From positions 1 through 24,747 of the forward strand of contig JBDHHQ010000091.1 of the NCBI GenBank assembly GCA_039589315.1: 24,747 nucleotides of DNA, in the 5' to 3' direction. Origin of the DNA: Gemmatimonadota bacterium. GTDB lineage: Bacteria; Gemmatimonadota; Gemmatimonadetes; Longimicrobiales; Gaopeijiaceae. Shown in pieces: positions 24,712 through 24,747 of the stretch. Below the pieces are notes generated by a model. The model made no database searches. It was not told where the DNA came from and saw only the letters and a list, made by a program, of their open reading frames with translations. Both the position numbers and the translations under genes were made by a program. Numbering within the stretch: position 1 is the first letter of the stretch; every line of letters begins with the position of its first letter.

Positions 24712-24747
24712 CTATTGCGTCGAGTACTCGAAATCGCCGCCCTCGCT
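24712..24747 (-). CDS. Last 11 codons of an upstream gene (SEGGDFEYSTQ-stop), possibly ClpV/TssH
   Basis: Open from the window edge to TAG at 24712-24714; the 'G.F.Y' ending recalls ClpV C-termini and fits the T6SS context, but it is too short to assign. Confidence 0.3.
   Translation of the reverse strand, partial: SEGGDFEYSTQ

Noticed and set aside
1..24747. Mobile elements, tRNA/rRNA genes, prophage or eCIS tail cluster
   Set aside because: No transposase, integrase or RNA gene patterns seen; Hcp and VgrG are T6SS-type and no phage or eCIS sheath/baseplate genes are present.

Overview
High-GC bacterial window carrying the accessory (tube/spike/effector) part of a type VI secretion locus; no sheath, baseplate or membrane-complex genes are visible, though a possible clpV/tssH C-terminus enters at the right edge. 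Two minus-strand spike modules are present: (A) vgrG1 - DUF2169 - non-catalytic ketosynthase-like gene - DUF4150/PIPY metallopeptidase effector - putative immunity - DUF6484 - TIGR02270-like gene, and (B) TPR-like domain/vgrG2 - TPR protein - stand-alone PAAR - Rhs toxin - putative immunity. They are separated by a plus-strand cassette (PG-binding/DUF4347-like protein, TIGR02999/ECF43-type sigma factor, short soluble Ser/Thr kinase) and about 1.5 kb of small ORFs and gene debris; hcp lies convergently at the left. Most notable observations: a fixed-spacing motif TGAGG-N18-CGCT-N6-G in front of hcp and two small ORFs (candidate promoter for the local ECF sigma), a probable N-terminally extended VgrG interrupted by a one-base frameshift, a 10-bp duplication that scrambles the VgrG1 tip, a PAAR/Rhs pair split into two coupled genes, a terminator-like hairpin in the vgrG1 leader and a 56-bp hairpin array upstream of hcp. 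All family calls are by eye from motifs, with no database search; the frameshifts may be assembly errors.
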